64,000 nucleotides of DNA. Origin: Chiloscyllium plagiosum. Lineage: Eukaryota. The position numbers were made by a program, and so were the translations under genes. The notes beneath the pieces were generated by a model. It had not been told where the DNA came from, searched no databases, and worked only from the letters and a program-made list of their open reading frames with translations. Where the stretch lies: positions 10,768,991 to 10,832,990 of the forward strand of contig NC_057720.1 of assembly GCF_004010195.1 (NCBI RefSeq), given 5' to 3'. Positions 1 to 11,700 of this stretch are shown piece by piece (the stretch's first letter is position 1; each line of letters begins with the position of its first letter).

Positions 1-357
1 GATCCCATTCCCCTGCCAAATTAGTTTAAACCCCGCCGGAGATAGCTAGCAAACCTACCCCCCAGATATTGGTGCCCCTTTGGTTCAGGTGCAACCCGTC
101 CTGCTTGTACAGGTCCCACCTTCCCCAGAATGCAGTCCAATTGTCCAAATACCTGAAGCCCTCCCTCCTACACCATCCTTGCAGCCATGTGTTCAACTGC
201 ACTCTCTCCCTATTCCTTGCCTCACTGTCACGTGGCACCGGCAACAACCCAGAGATGACGACTCTGTCTGTCCTAGCTTTCAGCTTCCAGCCTAACTCCC
301 TGAGCTCTTGAATGACCTCCCCACCTCTCTTCCTACCTATGTCGTTGGTGCCAACGT
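1..357 (-). mobile_element. CR1 LINE ORF1 fragment (SGNH esterase-like)
   Basis: HVGTNDIG...VVISGLLPVP...LNTWLQGWC...DGLHLN. Confidence 0.85.
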
Positions 358-1021
358 GGGTTTGAAGAATCTTGCACACTTCTGCCTGACCAAATGTTTA
401 ACCTAGTGAGCATCTTGTCAGATTGTTGAATCCATCCATTTGCAATCCCTCTGGAAAACTGGCAAGTGCCCAAACTGCAGAGAAGTATAGATCTCAAAGG
501 ACAATAAGCCTTGTCTCTAAGAAGAAATGGTTGTGCAATAAGATTGTGTATTTGTGGTAAAACACTGGTGGAAATAATGCTTATTTCTGATGCAGTTGGA
601 ACAGAATTGGTTTAGGTTGAAATGCTCTTCCTCAAATAATATTTGAGGTACAGTGGACACTGTGCTGAAATGATATTACATTAATTTCAAGTATATGGAG
701 CACTGAAACTGAGCAGGATGCCAATGAATATTTGAGAGAAAAATATATTTGAGTAAAGTGTTGACAAAGACCAAGTGGACAGATAGGCCTGCTTGCCTTC
801 TGTAAATGTTCATTGTCATGGGAAAGGAAAGTATCAATTGTCTGTACTCAGTTCTGCAAACTACTTGTCTGGTGGACCTGGGAATAATTGAAACTTGGCT
901 GGATGTCCAGTGAAGGTCCAGAGATAAACCTATATCATGTCCACACTTATCAGTGCTAACAAAGCATGGATCACAAACATGTCTTTGGTTTCTATTTTCT
1001 GTTCATTAGTAACAAATATGG

Positions 1022-1655
1022 AGTCATAAAGATGTACAGCACAGAAACATATCCTTCGGCCCAACACGTCCATGCTGACCAGATATCCCAACCTAATCTA
1101 GTACCATTTGCCAGCACTTGGCCAAATCTCTCTAAACCCTTCCTATTCATATACCCATCCAGATGCTTTTTAAATCTTGCAATTGTACCAGCCTCCACCA
1201 CTCCCTCTGGCAGCTCATTCCATACACACACCACCCTCTGCATGAAAATGTGGTTCCTTAGGTCTCTTTTATATCTTTTCCCTCTCACTCTAAACCTATG
1301 CCCTCTAGTTCAGGACTCCAGCACCCCAGGGAAAAGACTTTGTCTATTTATCCTATCCATGCTCCTCATGATTTTATAAACCTCTATAAGGTCACCCCTC
1401 AGCCTCCGACGCTCCAGGGAAAACAGCCCCAGACTATTCAACCTCTCCCTATAGCTCAAATCCTCCAACCCTGGAAACATCCCTGTAAATCTTTTCTGAA
1501 TCTTTTCAAGTTTCACAACATCCTTCTGATAGGAAGGAGACCAAAATTTGTACACAATATTCCAAAACTGGCCTAACCAACACCCTGGCCAGCTGAAACA
1601 TGACCTCCCAACTCCTATACTCAATGCTCTGACCAATGAAGGAAAGCATACCAAA
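1022..1655 (-). mobile_element. CR1 LINE 3' fragment
   Basis: LERRRLRGDLIEVYKIM; WNELPEGVVEAGTI; CR1-type 3' tail. Confidence 0.9.
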
Positions 1656-1745
1656 TGTTATTGTTTTAGAGGGATGTAAAGGGTGCAATCCATCATCATA
1701 AAAGTCAAGGCTATGAGCCGAGTGGTGGAAAGTGGGACTGGTATA

Positions 1746-2077
1746 GGGTGGCACGGTAGCTCAGTGGGTAGCAGTGCTACCTCACAGCACCAGGGACCTG
1801 GGCTCAATTCCAGTCTTTGGCAACTTGTCTATATTGAGTCTGCACATTTTCCCCAAGTCTGCATGGTTTCCTCTGGGTGCTCTGGTTTCCTCCCACAGTC
1901 CAAAGATGTGCAGCTTAGTTGGATTAACCATGCTCAATTGCCCATAGTGTCCAGGGTTGTGCAGTCTATGTGGATGAGCCATGGGAAAAATGTAGGGTTA
2001 AAATGAGTCTGGGTGGAAGCTTCTCCGTGTGGATTCAATGGACCGAATGGTCTGCATCCAGACTGTAGAGATTCTAT
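1746..2077 (+). mobile_element. tRNA-derived SINE (elasmobranch HE1-like)
   Basis: GGCACGGTAGCTCAGTGG A-box-like head, CTCCCACAGTCCAAAGATGTGCAG core; paralog at 50475-50800. Confidence 0.8.
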
Positions 2078-2795
2078 TGCTTTAGTCTCACTTTGGTGGC
2101 ACAAACCTGATGGGCTGAATGGCCTTTTTTGTCCTGTATGATTCTGCGAAAAGCAATGATAAGTAAATTGCAGCTGCACCTTCATTATAAATAAATAACA
2201 TCAATGGGATACGTAAAAGAAATAATTCTGCAAAAATGTTGAAAAGCAAGATTTAAAGTATTCATTGCTGACTTGTATTACAGCAATGAAAGTACATTAA
2301 CAAGTGCACAAGATTGCAGGATATAATCTGCCCTCTATATAGTGACCCAGCTTATCTGGTCATTTATCTCATCGTTACCTATGGGATGTTGCTCTGTGCA
2401 AATTATCTGTTGTGCTCACCATATTACAAATAGCGATGATGCTTCAAAATGACTTCTTTAGCTGCAAAATCCTTTGGGACATTTTGTGATCACACCAATA
2501 ACTATTTAAGTACAAGTCCTCTCCTCTTTAGTTGTGTTTTTTGGATGAGATTTGCCTTGTCACCTCTCAGACACTAGCCATCTCAATCATCATTTGCATC
2601 AGAAGCAATTAGGACTAGTTTCGAGGAGGGGCTAATACAGTATGAGAAACCAAATCATTTCTTCAGTTGAATTGCATCTAATCAGAGGCTTGAAAAGGCC
2701 TTGTCACAGTCCTTCAAAAAACAAAATCCATTAGCAAGATATAAACTCTGCATGCCTTTATTGCTCAGTCCTTTCAGTATCGGAGTTGGGAAGTC

Positions 2796-3752
2796 AATAG
2801 ACATTAAGCAATAAATGCAGGAGTAGGCCATTCTGCCCTTCGAGCCTGCACCACCATTCATTATGATCATGGCTGATCATCCTCAATCAGTATCCTGTTC
2901 CTGCCTTATCCCCACAACCCTTGATTCCACTATCTTTGAGAGCTCTATCCAACTCTTCCATAAGCAAATCCAGAGACTGGGCCTCCACTGCCTTCTGGGG
3001 CAGAGCATTCCATACACCCACCACTCTCTGGGTGAAGAAGTTTCTCCTCATCTCTGTCCTAAATGGCCTACCCCTTATTTTTAAGCTGTGTCCTCTGGTT
3101 CGGCACTCATACATGTTTCCTGCCTCCAGAGTGTCCAATCCTTTAATAATCTTATACATCTCAATCAGATCCCATCTCAGTCTTCTAAACTCAAGGGGCT
3201 TCAAGCCCAGTCGCTCCAATATTTCAACATAAGATAGTCTTGACATTCCAGGAATTGACCTCATGAACCTACGCTGCACTCCCTCAATAACCAGAATGTC
3301 TTTCCTCATGTTTGGAGAACAGAACTGCACACAATATTCCAGGTGCGGTCTCAGCAGGGCCCTGTACAGCTGCAGAAGAACCTCTTTGCTTCTATACTCA
3401 ATCCCTCTTGTTATGAAGGTCAGCATGCTATTAGCTTATTTGCTAATGTCACTATTAATACCATCTTCTATATCATTATTATATATTGTAAAAAGCTGCG
3501 GTCCCAGCACTGATCCCTGCGGTACTCCACTGGTCATCGCCTGCCATTCCGAAAGGGAGCCATTTATCACTACTCTTTGTTTCCTGTCAGCCAACCACTT
3601 TTCAATCCAAGTCAGTACTTTGCCTCCAATACCATGCACCCTAATTTTGCTCACTAACCTCCTATGTGGGACTTTATCAAAGGCTTTCTGAAAGTCCAGG
3701 TACACTACATGCTCTGGATCTCCCTTGTCCACCTTCAGAGTTACATCCTCAA
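2796..3752 (-). mobile_element. CR1 LINE RT/3' fragment inserted into an older CR1
   Basis: YLDFQKAFDKVPH, GVPQGSVLGP, RPHLEYCVQF; AAGTC at both junctions; absent in copy B. Confidence 0.88.
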
Positions 3753-3789
3753 AAGTCCTGTTGAGGTTGTACAGGACATTGGCACATGG

Positions 3790-4480
3790 TACTGATTTGG
3801 ATTGAAAATTGGCTTACTGACAGGCAGCAAAGAGTAGTGATAAACAGGTCCCTTTATGAATGGCAGGCAGTGACCAGTGGGGTACCACAAGGTTCGGTGC
3901 TGGGACTGCAGCTGTTTACAATATACATCAACGATATAGATGAAGGCATTAAAAGTAGTACAGCAAAGTTGTTGATGACACAAAGCTGGGTGGCAGTGTA
4001 AAATGTGAGGAGGATGTTATGAGAATACAGGGTGGCTTGGACAGGCTAGGTGAGTGGAAGGATGCATGGCAGATGCAGTTTAAAGTGGATAAATGTATGG
4101 TTATCCACTTTGGTAGCAAGAACAGGAAGGCAGATTACTATCTAAATGGAGTCAAATTGGGTAAGGGGAAGTACAACGAGATATAGGTGTTCTTGCACAT
4201 CAGTCAATGAAAGCAAGCATGCAGGTACAGCAGGTAGTGAAGAAAGCTAATAGCATGCTGGCCTTCATAACAAAAGGGATTGAGTATAAAAGCAGAGAGG
4301 TTCTTCTGCAGCTATACAGGGCCCTGGTGAGACTGCACCTGGAATATTGTGTGCAGTTCTGGTTTCCAAATTTGAGGAAGGACATTCTGGCTATTGAGGG
4401 AGGGCAACGTAGGTTCACGAGGTCAATTCCTGGAATGGCGGGACTATCATATGTTGAAAGATTGGAGCGACTGGGCTTGT
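3790..4480 (+). mobile_element. CR1 LINE RT fragment, inverted relative to 2796-3752
   Basis: GVPQGSVLG, KKANSMLAFI, LEYCVQFW. Confidence 0.88.
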
Positions 4481-5021
4481 ATAGAGTCAAGATTAGAGTG
4501 GTGCTGGAAAAGTACAGCAGGTCAGGCAGCATCCGAGGAGCAGGAAAATCAACATTTCGGGCAAAAGCCCTTCATCTGGAATGGAAGTGTTGGATGTGGG
4601 TACAATTACGATGTTTAAAAGACATTAGAATAAGTACATGAATGGGAAATGTTTGGAGGGATATGGGCCCGGAGCAGGCAGGTGGGACTAGTTTAGTTTG
4701 GGATTATGTTCGGCATGGACTGGTTGGACCGAAGGGTCTGTTTCCATGCTGTATCTCTCTATGACAGAAATGTATGTCTTCCTGATGAAAGTGTTCCTGA
4801 AGGACCAAGATTTGGGACTCAGAATGAGGAGCTTCCAGTTTTAAATTGTGGCCTTCCATCGGCTGATGTCCCTGCTGGCCCCAAAATGGATTCATATTGA
4901 TGCTGGTGGCAAATTTTCTTTGGTCAAATGGAAACAATATGAGGTTCCAACCATAGGCAGGAAAATGAAACATCAGTAAAGGATAAAGAATCTGCTCAAA
5001 TCTCAGATGGCGCAGCAAAAC

Positions 5022-5027
5022 TTTATT
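5022..5027 (-). terminator. Putative polyadenylation signal AATAAA of CLCA copy A
   Basis: AATAAA about 250 bp after the stop; the same position is conserved in copy B (52355-52360). Confidence 0.55.
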
Positions 5028-5279
5028 AGATTCTGTCAGTCCTTTTACAGGAATACACTTTACTTGTACATTTAATTTATACAGGTTGGATTTAAACACC
5101 ATTACTGTTTGATGTGACACAATCTCAGCTCAACATCAGGAGGAATGCTCAATATTCACGTCAAGTTTGATTTTTTTGGCCACAAATTTTGAACATGAAT
5201 TAAGTTGCACCATGATAAATTGAATGTTGTTGAATTTTGATGACGTTGCTGACTATCTCTGGCTTTAGCTGTACATTTC

Positions 5280-5782
5280 CTAACTGGGTGATACTCTGCC
5301 CTGACGTTTCTTAGTCACAACACATACAGTGATGGAAATGATCAAGGAGACAACAATGACAACAATACCAACAATAACAAGAATTTCTGAAATGTTAATG
5401 ACTACACTATTATGAGGTTGAGTTGGTCGGAAAGATTGTGTTGCCTGGGAAGATTGGGTTGTTTGGGAAGATTGTGTTGCCTGGGAAGATTGGGTTGGCT
5501 GGGAAGACTGGGTTGGTTGTAATGTGGGAGGTGGACTAGCCAAAATTAAAGGAGCTTGCGCTATATTCGATAAGGCTGAAGACTGGTTTCCTTTATCAAA
5601 TGCCTGAATTGCAAAGTAGATTACTGTCCCATTTTTCAACTCGATGTTCTCAGATACTGTGAATGATTCCTCTGAGTTAGCCACCTTTGGCTTCAGGTCT
5701 GTGGTGTTTACACTTTGAGCATTTGGAAAATCATCCCTCAGCTGTGCGAAGCTTTTGCTGAGCTTTATTTCGTAAAAGGAAG
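5280..5782 (-). CDS. CLCA: CLCA copy A last coding exon 14 (FnIII-like end, mucin-like stalk, TM, short tail)
   Basis: TTGCAG|(A)SFYEIKLSKSFAQLRDDFPNA...SALSNIAQ...(PTQSSQ)n...EILVIVGIVVIVVSLIISITVCVVTKKRQGRVSPS-TAG. Confidence 0.93.
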
Positions 5783-8700
5783 CTGCAAGAAAAGAAAAGC
5801 AAGTGAATGTATTATTCAGGCTCTTGATGTTATCCTCTTACACACTGCCAGGTTTGCTGAATACTTAAGTGAGGCAAATGGTAATAAGGAGCTAAACTGA
5901 GAGGATTAAAAATACAGGAACAAGAGAAGACCATACAGCCGAACAATTCTTTATATCTAATTCAGACTCTCCCTTATTGAAAGGAAGATTTTATTTCATC
6001 AAGGTAACTCAGAGAAAGTTCACCAAGATGATCCCTGATGTAGGGGAACTGTCTTATGAGCCAAGGTTGAATACTTTGGAATTCTACTCACAGGTGCTTA
6101 GAAGAATGAGATATAATGTCATTGAAACATTTAGGATACTTAAGCGACCTGGCAGGGTAAGTGCTGGTTGAATGTTTCCCCTCACAGGAGAGTCTAGAAA
6201 CCAGAGGTTATTGTCTCAGAAGAAAAGCATGCCAATTTAAGACTGAGATAAAAAGGAATTTTTTTCCTCTTTGAGTGTTGTGTGTCTTTGGATCTCCTTG
6301 CCATAGAGAGCTCTGGGGTCAGAGAGAGCTCTGGGGTCTGTTTAAGGTTTGATCGGTAGGGGAATCCAGGGTTATGGGAAAATTGCAGGAAAGTGGAGGT
6401 GAGGAATGTCGGATCAGCCATAATTCTGGTCTCAGGGGCTGAATGGTCTGCTGCTGTTCTTATTTCTTATGGTCTTATTATGGTCTTCCACTGAAATGTA
6501 CATTCAATATTTGAATTATACCCATCTCCATTACAATTCGACAGCCTTGAGTATTCCCAAAAATTGGTGTTGGTTACTCCTGTGAGTGGTCTGAGTGTTT
6601 CATGCTCAGGAACATGCCCTTCCCAATATCTAATTATACAATCGGGTGGCCTGGGGAGTAACAAAAAAACACCCATGAAATTGCAAGTCAATGTCATGAC
6701 CTAAATTCTCACTCAGTGGGGAATTAGTACATTGGGTAGGAATAGATTATAGGCTGAGCCACAAGCTTACGCAGGTCACCAGAATGTTCCCTGAAAGTGT
6801 GGACATTGGAAGGAGTTTGGCTGGGATGCCTGACCATCACATACATGACAGCGCTCATTGTCAAGACTTGACCATCTTTGACAGTCACAAGGGTAAGGAT
6901 GCAAGAGCACCCTGCTCATAGAGTCATAGAGATGTACAGCACGGAAACAGATCATTCGGTCCAGCTCATCCATACCGACCAGATATCCTAAATTAATCTA
7001 GTTATATTTGCCAGCACTTGGACCCATATCCCTTTAAAGCCTTCTTATTCATATACCCATAAAGATGCCTTTTAAATGGTGTAATTGTGCCAGCCTCCAC
7101 CACTTCCTCTGGCAGCTCATTCCATACACGTATCACCCTCTGTGTGAAAAGGTTGCCTCTTAAGTCCCTTTTAATTCTTTCCCCTCTCACCCGAAACTTC
7201 TGTCCTCTAGTTCTGGACTCCCTCAATCCAGGGAAAAGACCTTGTCTATTTGTTCAGTAAATCTTTAACGATGATTCAATATCTTCTGCAAAGGTACAAC
7301 GAGGGGAGGGATTTGCTGAAAAGGAAAGATTAAAGTGACATTCACTCGAGCTGCTTAAAGTCAATACAATTTTGTGGGTGGGGAAACCCAGTGGTTTACT
7401 GGTTAGCACTGCTGCCTCACAGTAGCTGGAAGCTGGGTTAATTCCAACTTTGGGCATCTATCTGTGTGATGTTTGTACATTCTCCCCGTGTCTGCGTGGG
7501 TTTCTTCCGGGTGCTCCGGTTTCCTCCCACATTCCAAAGATGTGCAGATTATGGGGATAGGCCATTCTGGATTAACCTGTAGTGTGCAGGGATGTGCAGG
7601 GTAGGTGGATTAGCTATAGTAAATGACTAGTCAGAGTAGGGGGCAGGGGCTGGGTGGGATGTTCTTCAGACGGTCAGTGCAGGTTGAATGGCCTCTAACT
7701 ACACTGCAAGGATTCTATGATAACTCCTTTTGAAACAAAGATAAGGAAACTTAAAGATTTCAGATTAAAGTACAGTCATTCACTTGTAATATAATATTTA
7801 GTGAATGCTAAATGATTATAATGCTTTTCAACAACAGAAGTACACAAATGGTAAAAGTCACACCCTATTCCCAGTTAAACAATGAAACCGACTGACCAAA
7901 TGATTGATGATGTGATGGAGGCAACAAGACTTAAAATGGGCTGAGAACTCAGCAATGGAATCGCTCTCAATGTATGGACTGAAATATCATTTAAATTACC
8001 AGTTCCTTGATCTAAGTCATCGCCTGGAGCTGTCCATTTCAGTTGTATTGCGTCTCCAACAATTGCTGCCCGAAGATCCTTAATTTTACTTGGGGGAAAC
8101 TTGTCAGGTGGAGGTCCGGGAGGAACCTGACTAACAACACAAGCTCCCGCTGTTTTCACTCTATTGAAGCTTCCCAATTGTATCTGAGAATCGTTACGGT
8201 CCACTGGAGGCTTTGGTGGGTTGGGGTGAATTTGACCTGCGAGAAAAGTGAAGAAAGACACATTTCAGAAAGGGGCAAAATATTTGAAAGTTGATTTTTA
8301 ACATTTATCCTTCAGATACAATTGTCACCACAAGGCCACTACTTGTTGCCCATTCCTAATTGCCCCAGAGAAAGGGATGGCCAGCTGCCTTTTAGAACTG
8401 CCCAATCCATGTAATGTAGTTACACCCACAGAACTGTTAAGGAGGGGGTTGGTATCAATGTCAATGGGCCTTTGATGTGAACACTGACAATTTCAGTGTC
8501 ATTACCAGAGCAAAATCTCAGCCAATCAGCCTGTCTGCAAGTTTAGAATAATCTCCTGCAGCAGATTCTTATCCTTGAAGAGTCAGATCAAATGAATCCA
8601 AGGATCATCCCCAGCTCAACTTATCTTGAGTAAATAATTGCTTTGGATGCAAAGAATTCAATTGCTTTATGTGGTTGCAGCATGTGATTAAATGTTGCAC

Positions 8701-11700
8701 TTATTGCACATTGACATCAGAGTGAGTCTAGGAAAACTTAACAAACAGCAAAATTCACAACTGATCTTGGAGGAACCTGTGTGGGAGAGCGCACAGTACA
8801 GGGGCAGATAAGTGCATAGCTTTTAAGTGTAGCCTTGCTGTACATCTACATTAGTCAGTAGAGTGGGTTTTTTGTTGATTAAACGTTTTGTTGAGATCTG
8901 TCTCTTGATTAAATTTTAAAAACGTAAGCCATAAGTATTAAATTAGCCTGGAGCAGTATTTTTTTAGAGCAATAAGACCATACTTTTTTTGGGGGTCTGT
9001 AGATTGTGAAGGACCAAAGATGGCCTTTCATAGAGTGATATGGTCTTCCTTTTGGATGTGGGAGTTTAGGGTGACTTTCCATATTACTGACGATTATGTC
9101 TGCAGGAAATGTCGTTGGTTGTGAATCCTGTCATATTGAATGGATTGGTTGGAGTGACAGTTAGAGGCAATGAGGAGTTTACAAGAGCTAAGGAGGTGTG
9201 ATGGATGGCAGTTATAGGAAGGGAGAAAAGCAGTCGATACAGTCGGGTGGATGGGTTAACTCCAGGAAAGGTAGGAGGGGTAGGCAGGTAGTGCAGGAGT
9301 CTTCTACGGCTATCCACATCTCAAACAAGTATGCTGTTTTGGAAAATGTAGAGGTTGATGCACTCTCAGGGGAATGTACCATGAACAGCCAAGTTTCTGA
9401 TATCGAGAAAGGCTGTAATGCAATGAGGGGTACATTGGGTTCCAAGCGATTGATTGTGTTAGGGGACTCTCTCATCAGAGGAACAGACAAACATTTCTGT
9501 GGCCAGCAGAGAAAAATCAGAATGGCGTGTTGCTTCGCTGGTGCCAGCGTCAAGGATGTCTCATAGAGAGCAGAATGCTCTCAAAGGGCAGAGGGATCAG
9601 CAGGAGGTCATTGTACACATTGGAACCAGTGACATAGGAAGAGAAAAGGCTGAGATTCTGAAGGGAGAATATAGAAAGTTAGGCAGGAATTTAAAAAGGA
9701 GGTCCTCGAGATTAGTAATATCTGGATAACTATTGGTATTAAGAGATAGTGAGGATAGGAAAATGTGGATACAGCAGATGAGTGGGTGGCTGAGGAGCTG
9801 GTGCAGGGGAGAAGGATTCACANNNNNNNNNNNNNNNNNNNNNNNNNNNNNNNNNNNNNNNNNNNNNNNNNNNNNNNNNNNNNNNNNNNNNNNNNNNNNN
9901 NNNNNNNNNNNNNNNNNNNNNNNNNNNNNNNNNNNNNNNNNNNNNNNNNNNNNNNNNNNNNNNNNNNCATAGCAATTACAGAAACATGGCTCAGGGATGG
10001 GCAGGACTGGCAGCTTAATATTCCAGGATACAAATGCTACAGGAAGGATAGAAAGGAAACAAGAGAGGAGGGGGAGTGAAGTTTTTCACAAGGGATAGTA
10101 TTACAGCTGTGCTGAGGGAGGATATTCCCAGAAATACATCCAGGAAAGTTATTTGGGTGGAACTGAGAAAGAAGGAAAGGGTGATCACCTGATTGGAATT
10201 ATATTATTGACCCCCTAATAGTCAGTGGGAAATTGAGAAACAAATTTGTAAAGACATGTCAGTTATCTGTAAGAATAATAGGGTGATTATGGTAGGGGAT
10301 TTTAACTTTCCAAATATTGACTGGGACTGTTATAGTGTTAAGGTTTAGATGGAGAGGAATTTGTTAAGTGCATACAAGAAGGTTTTCTGATTCAGTATGT
10401 GGATGTACCTACTAGTGAAGGTGCAAAACTTGATCTACTTTTGTGAAATAAGGCAGGGCAGGTGACTGAGGTGTCAGTGAGGGAGCACTTTGGGGCCAGT
10501 GACCATAGTTCTATTAGATTTAAAATAGCGATGGAAAAGGATAGTCGGGGATTTTAATTTTCCAAACATAGAATGGAATTGCCATATTGTTAAGGGTTTC
10601 CAAAAGCTTTCTGAGCAATAGGATTTATGATTATTTGGAAAAGCATAGAGTGATTAAAGGCAGTCAGCATGGCTTTGTGAGGGGCAGGTCATGCCTCACA
10701 AATCTTATTGAGTTATTTGAGGAGGTGACAAGACAGATTGACGAAGGGTGAGCAGTGGATTTGGTGTATAAGGACTTCATCAAGGTATTTGATAAGGTTC
10801 CCCATGGTTGGCTCATTCATCAAGTTCGGAGGTATGGGAGGTATGGCTTTCTGGATTCAGAATTGGTTGGCTGACAGAAGGCAGAGAGATTGTAGATATA
10901 AAGTATTCTGCCTGGAAGTCAGTGTGAGTGTTATCCCGCAGGGCTCTGTTCTTGGGCTGCTGCTCTTTGTAGTTTTTATAAATGACTTGGATAAGGAGGT
11001 TGAGGGGTGGGTTAGTAAATTTGCTGATGACACAAAGATTGGAGGTATCATTGATAGTTTGGAAGGTTATTGCAGGCTGCAGCACAACATAGACAGGATG
11101 CAGAATGGGGCTGAGAAATGGCAGGTGGCGTTCAACCGGGAGAAAGGTGAAATGATGCATTTTGGAAGGTTGAATTTGAATGCTGAATATCGGATTAAAC
11201 ACAGGATTGTTGGGTGTGGAGGAACAGAGGCATCTTGGTGTTCAACTGCATGGATACCTCAAAGTTTCTACCCAAGTGAAAGGGTGGTAAAGAAAGCACA
11301 TGGTGTATTGGCTTTCATTAACCAGGGGATCGAGTTTAAGAGTGCAAACTTTTGCTACATTTCTACAAGTCCTTGGTGAGACCACACTTGGAGTGGTCCA
11401 GCTCTGGTCGCATTATTATCGGAAAGATACAGAGGCTTTGGAGAGGGTGCAAAGAAGGTTTACCAGGATCCTGCCTGGACGGGAGGGCTTATCTTAGAAA
11501 GAGTGATTAACCAAGCTCAGACCTTTCTCTCTGGAGAGGAGGAAGAGAGGTGATCTGTTTGAGGTATGGAATGAGTGGAATGGATTGAGTCAATGGCCAG
11601 AGACTTTTCCCCAGAGCACAAGGGGTCATAGTTTTAAGATATTAGGAGGAAGGTGTAGAGGAGATGTCAAAGGTAGGTTCTTTATGTTCTTTACTTGGTG

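Noticed and set aside
1746..1815. tRNA-like sequences at SINE heads
   Set aside because: A/B-box-like heads followed by SINE bodies; no complete cloverleaf.
2887..3426. 179-aa ORF and many similar RT-like ORFs as host genes
   Set aside because: Fragments of CR1 ORF2; no intact full-length ORF2 in the window.
4704..5120. 138-aa minus ORF with a paralog at 52085-52432
   Set aside because: Lies in the CLCA 3' UTR and flank; similarity is explained by the duplication; no recognisable domain and the ends differ.
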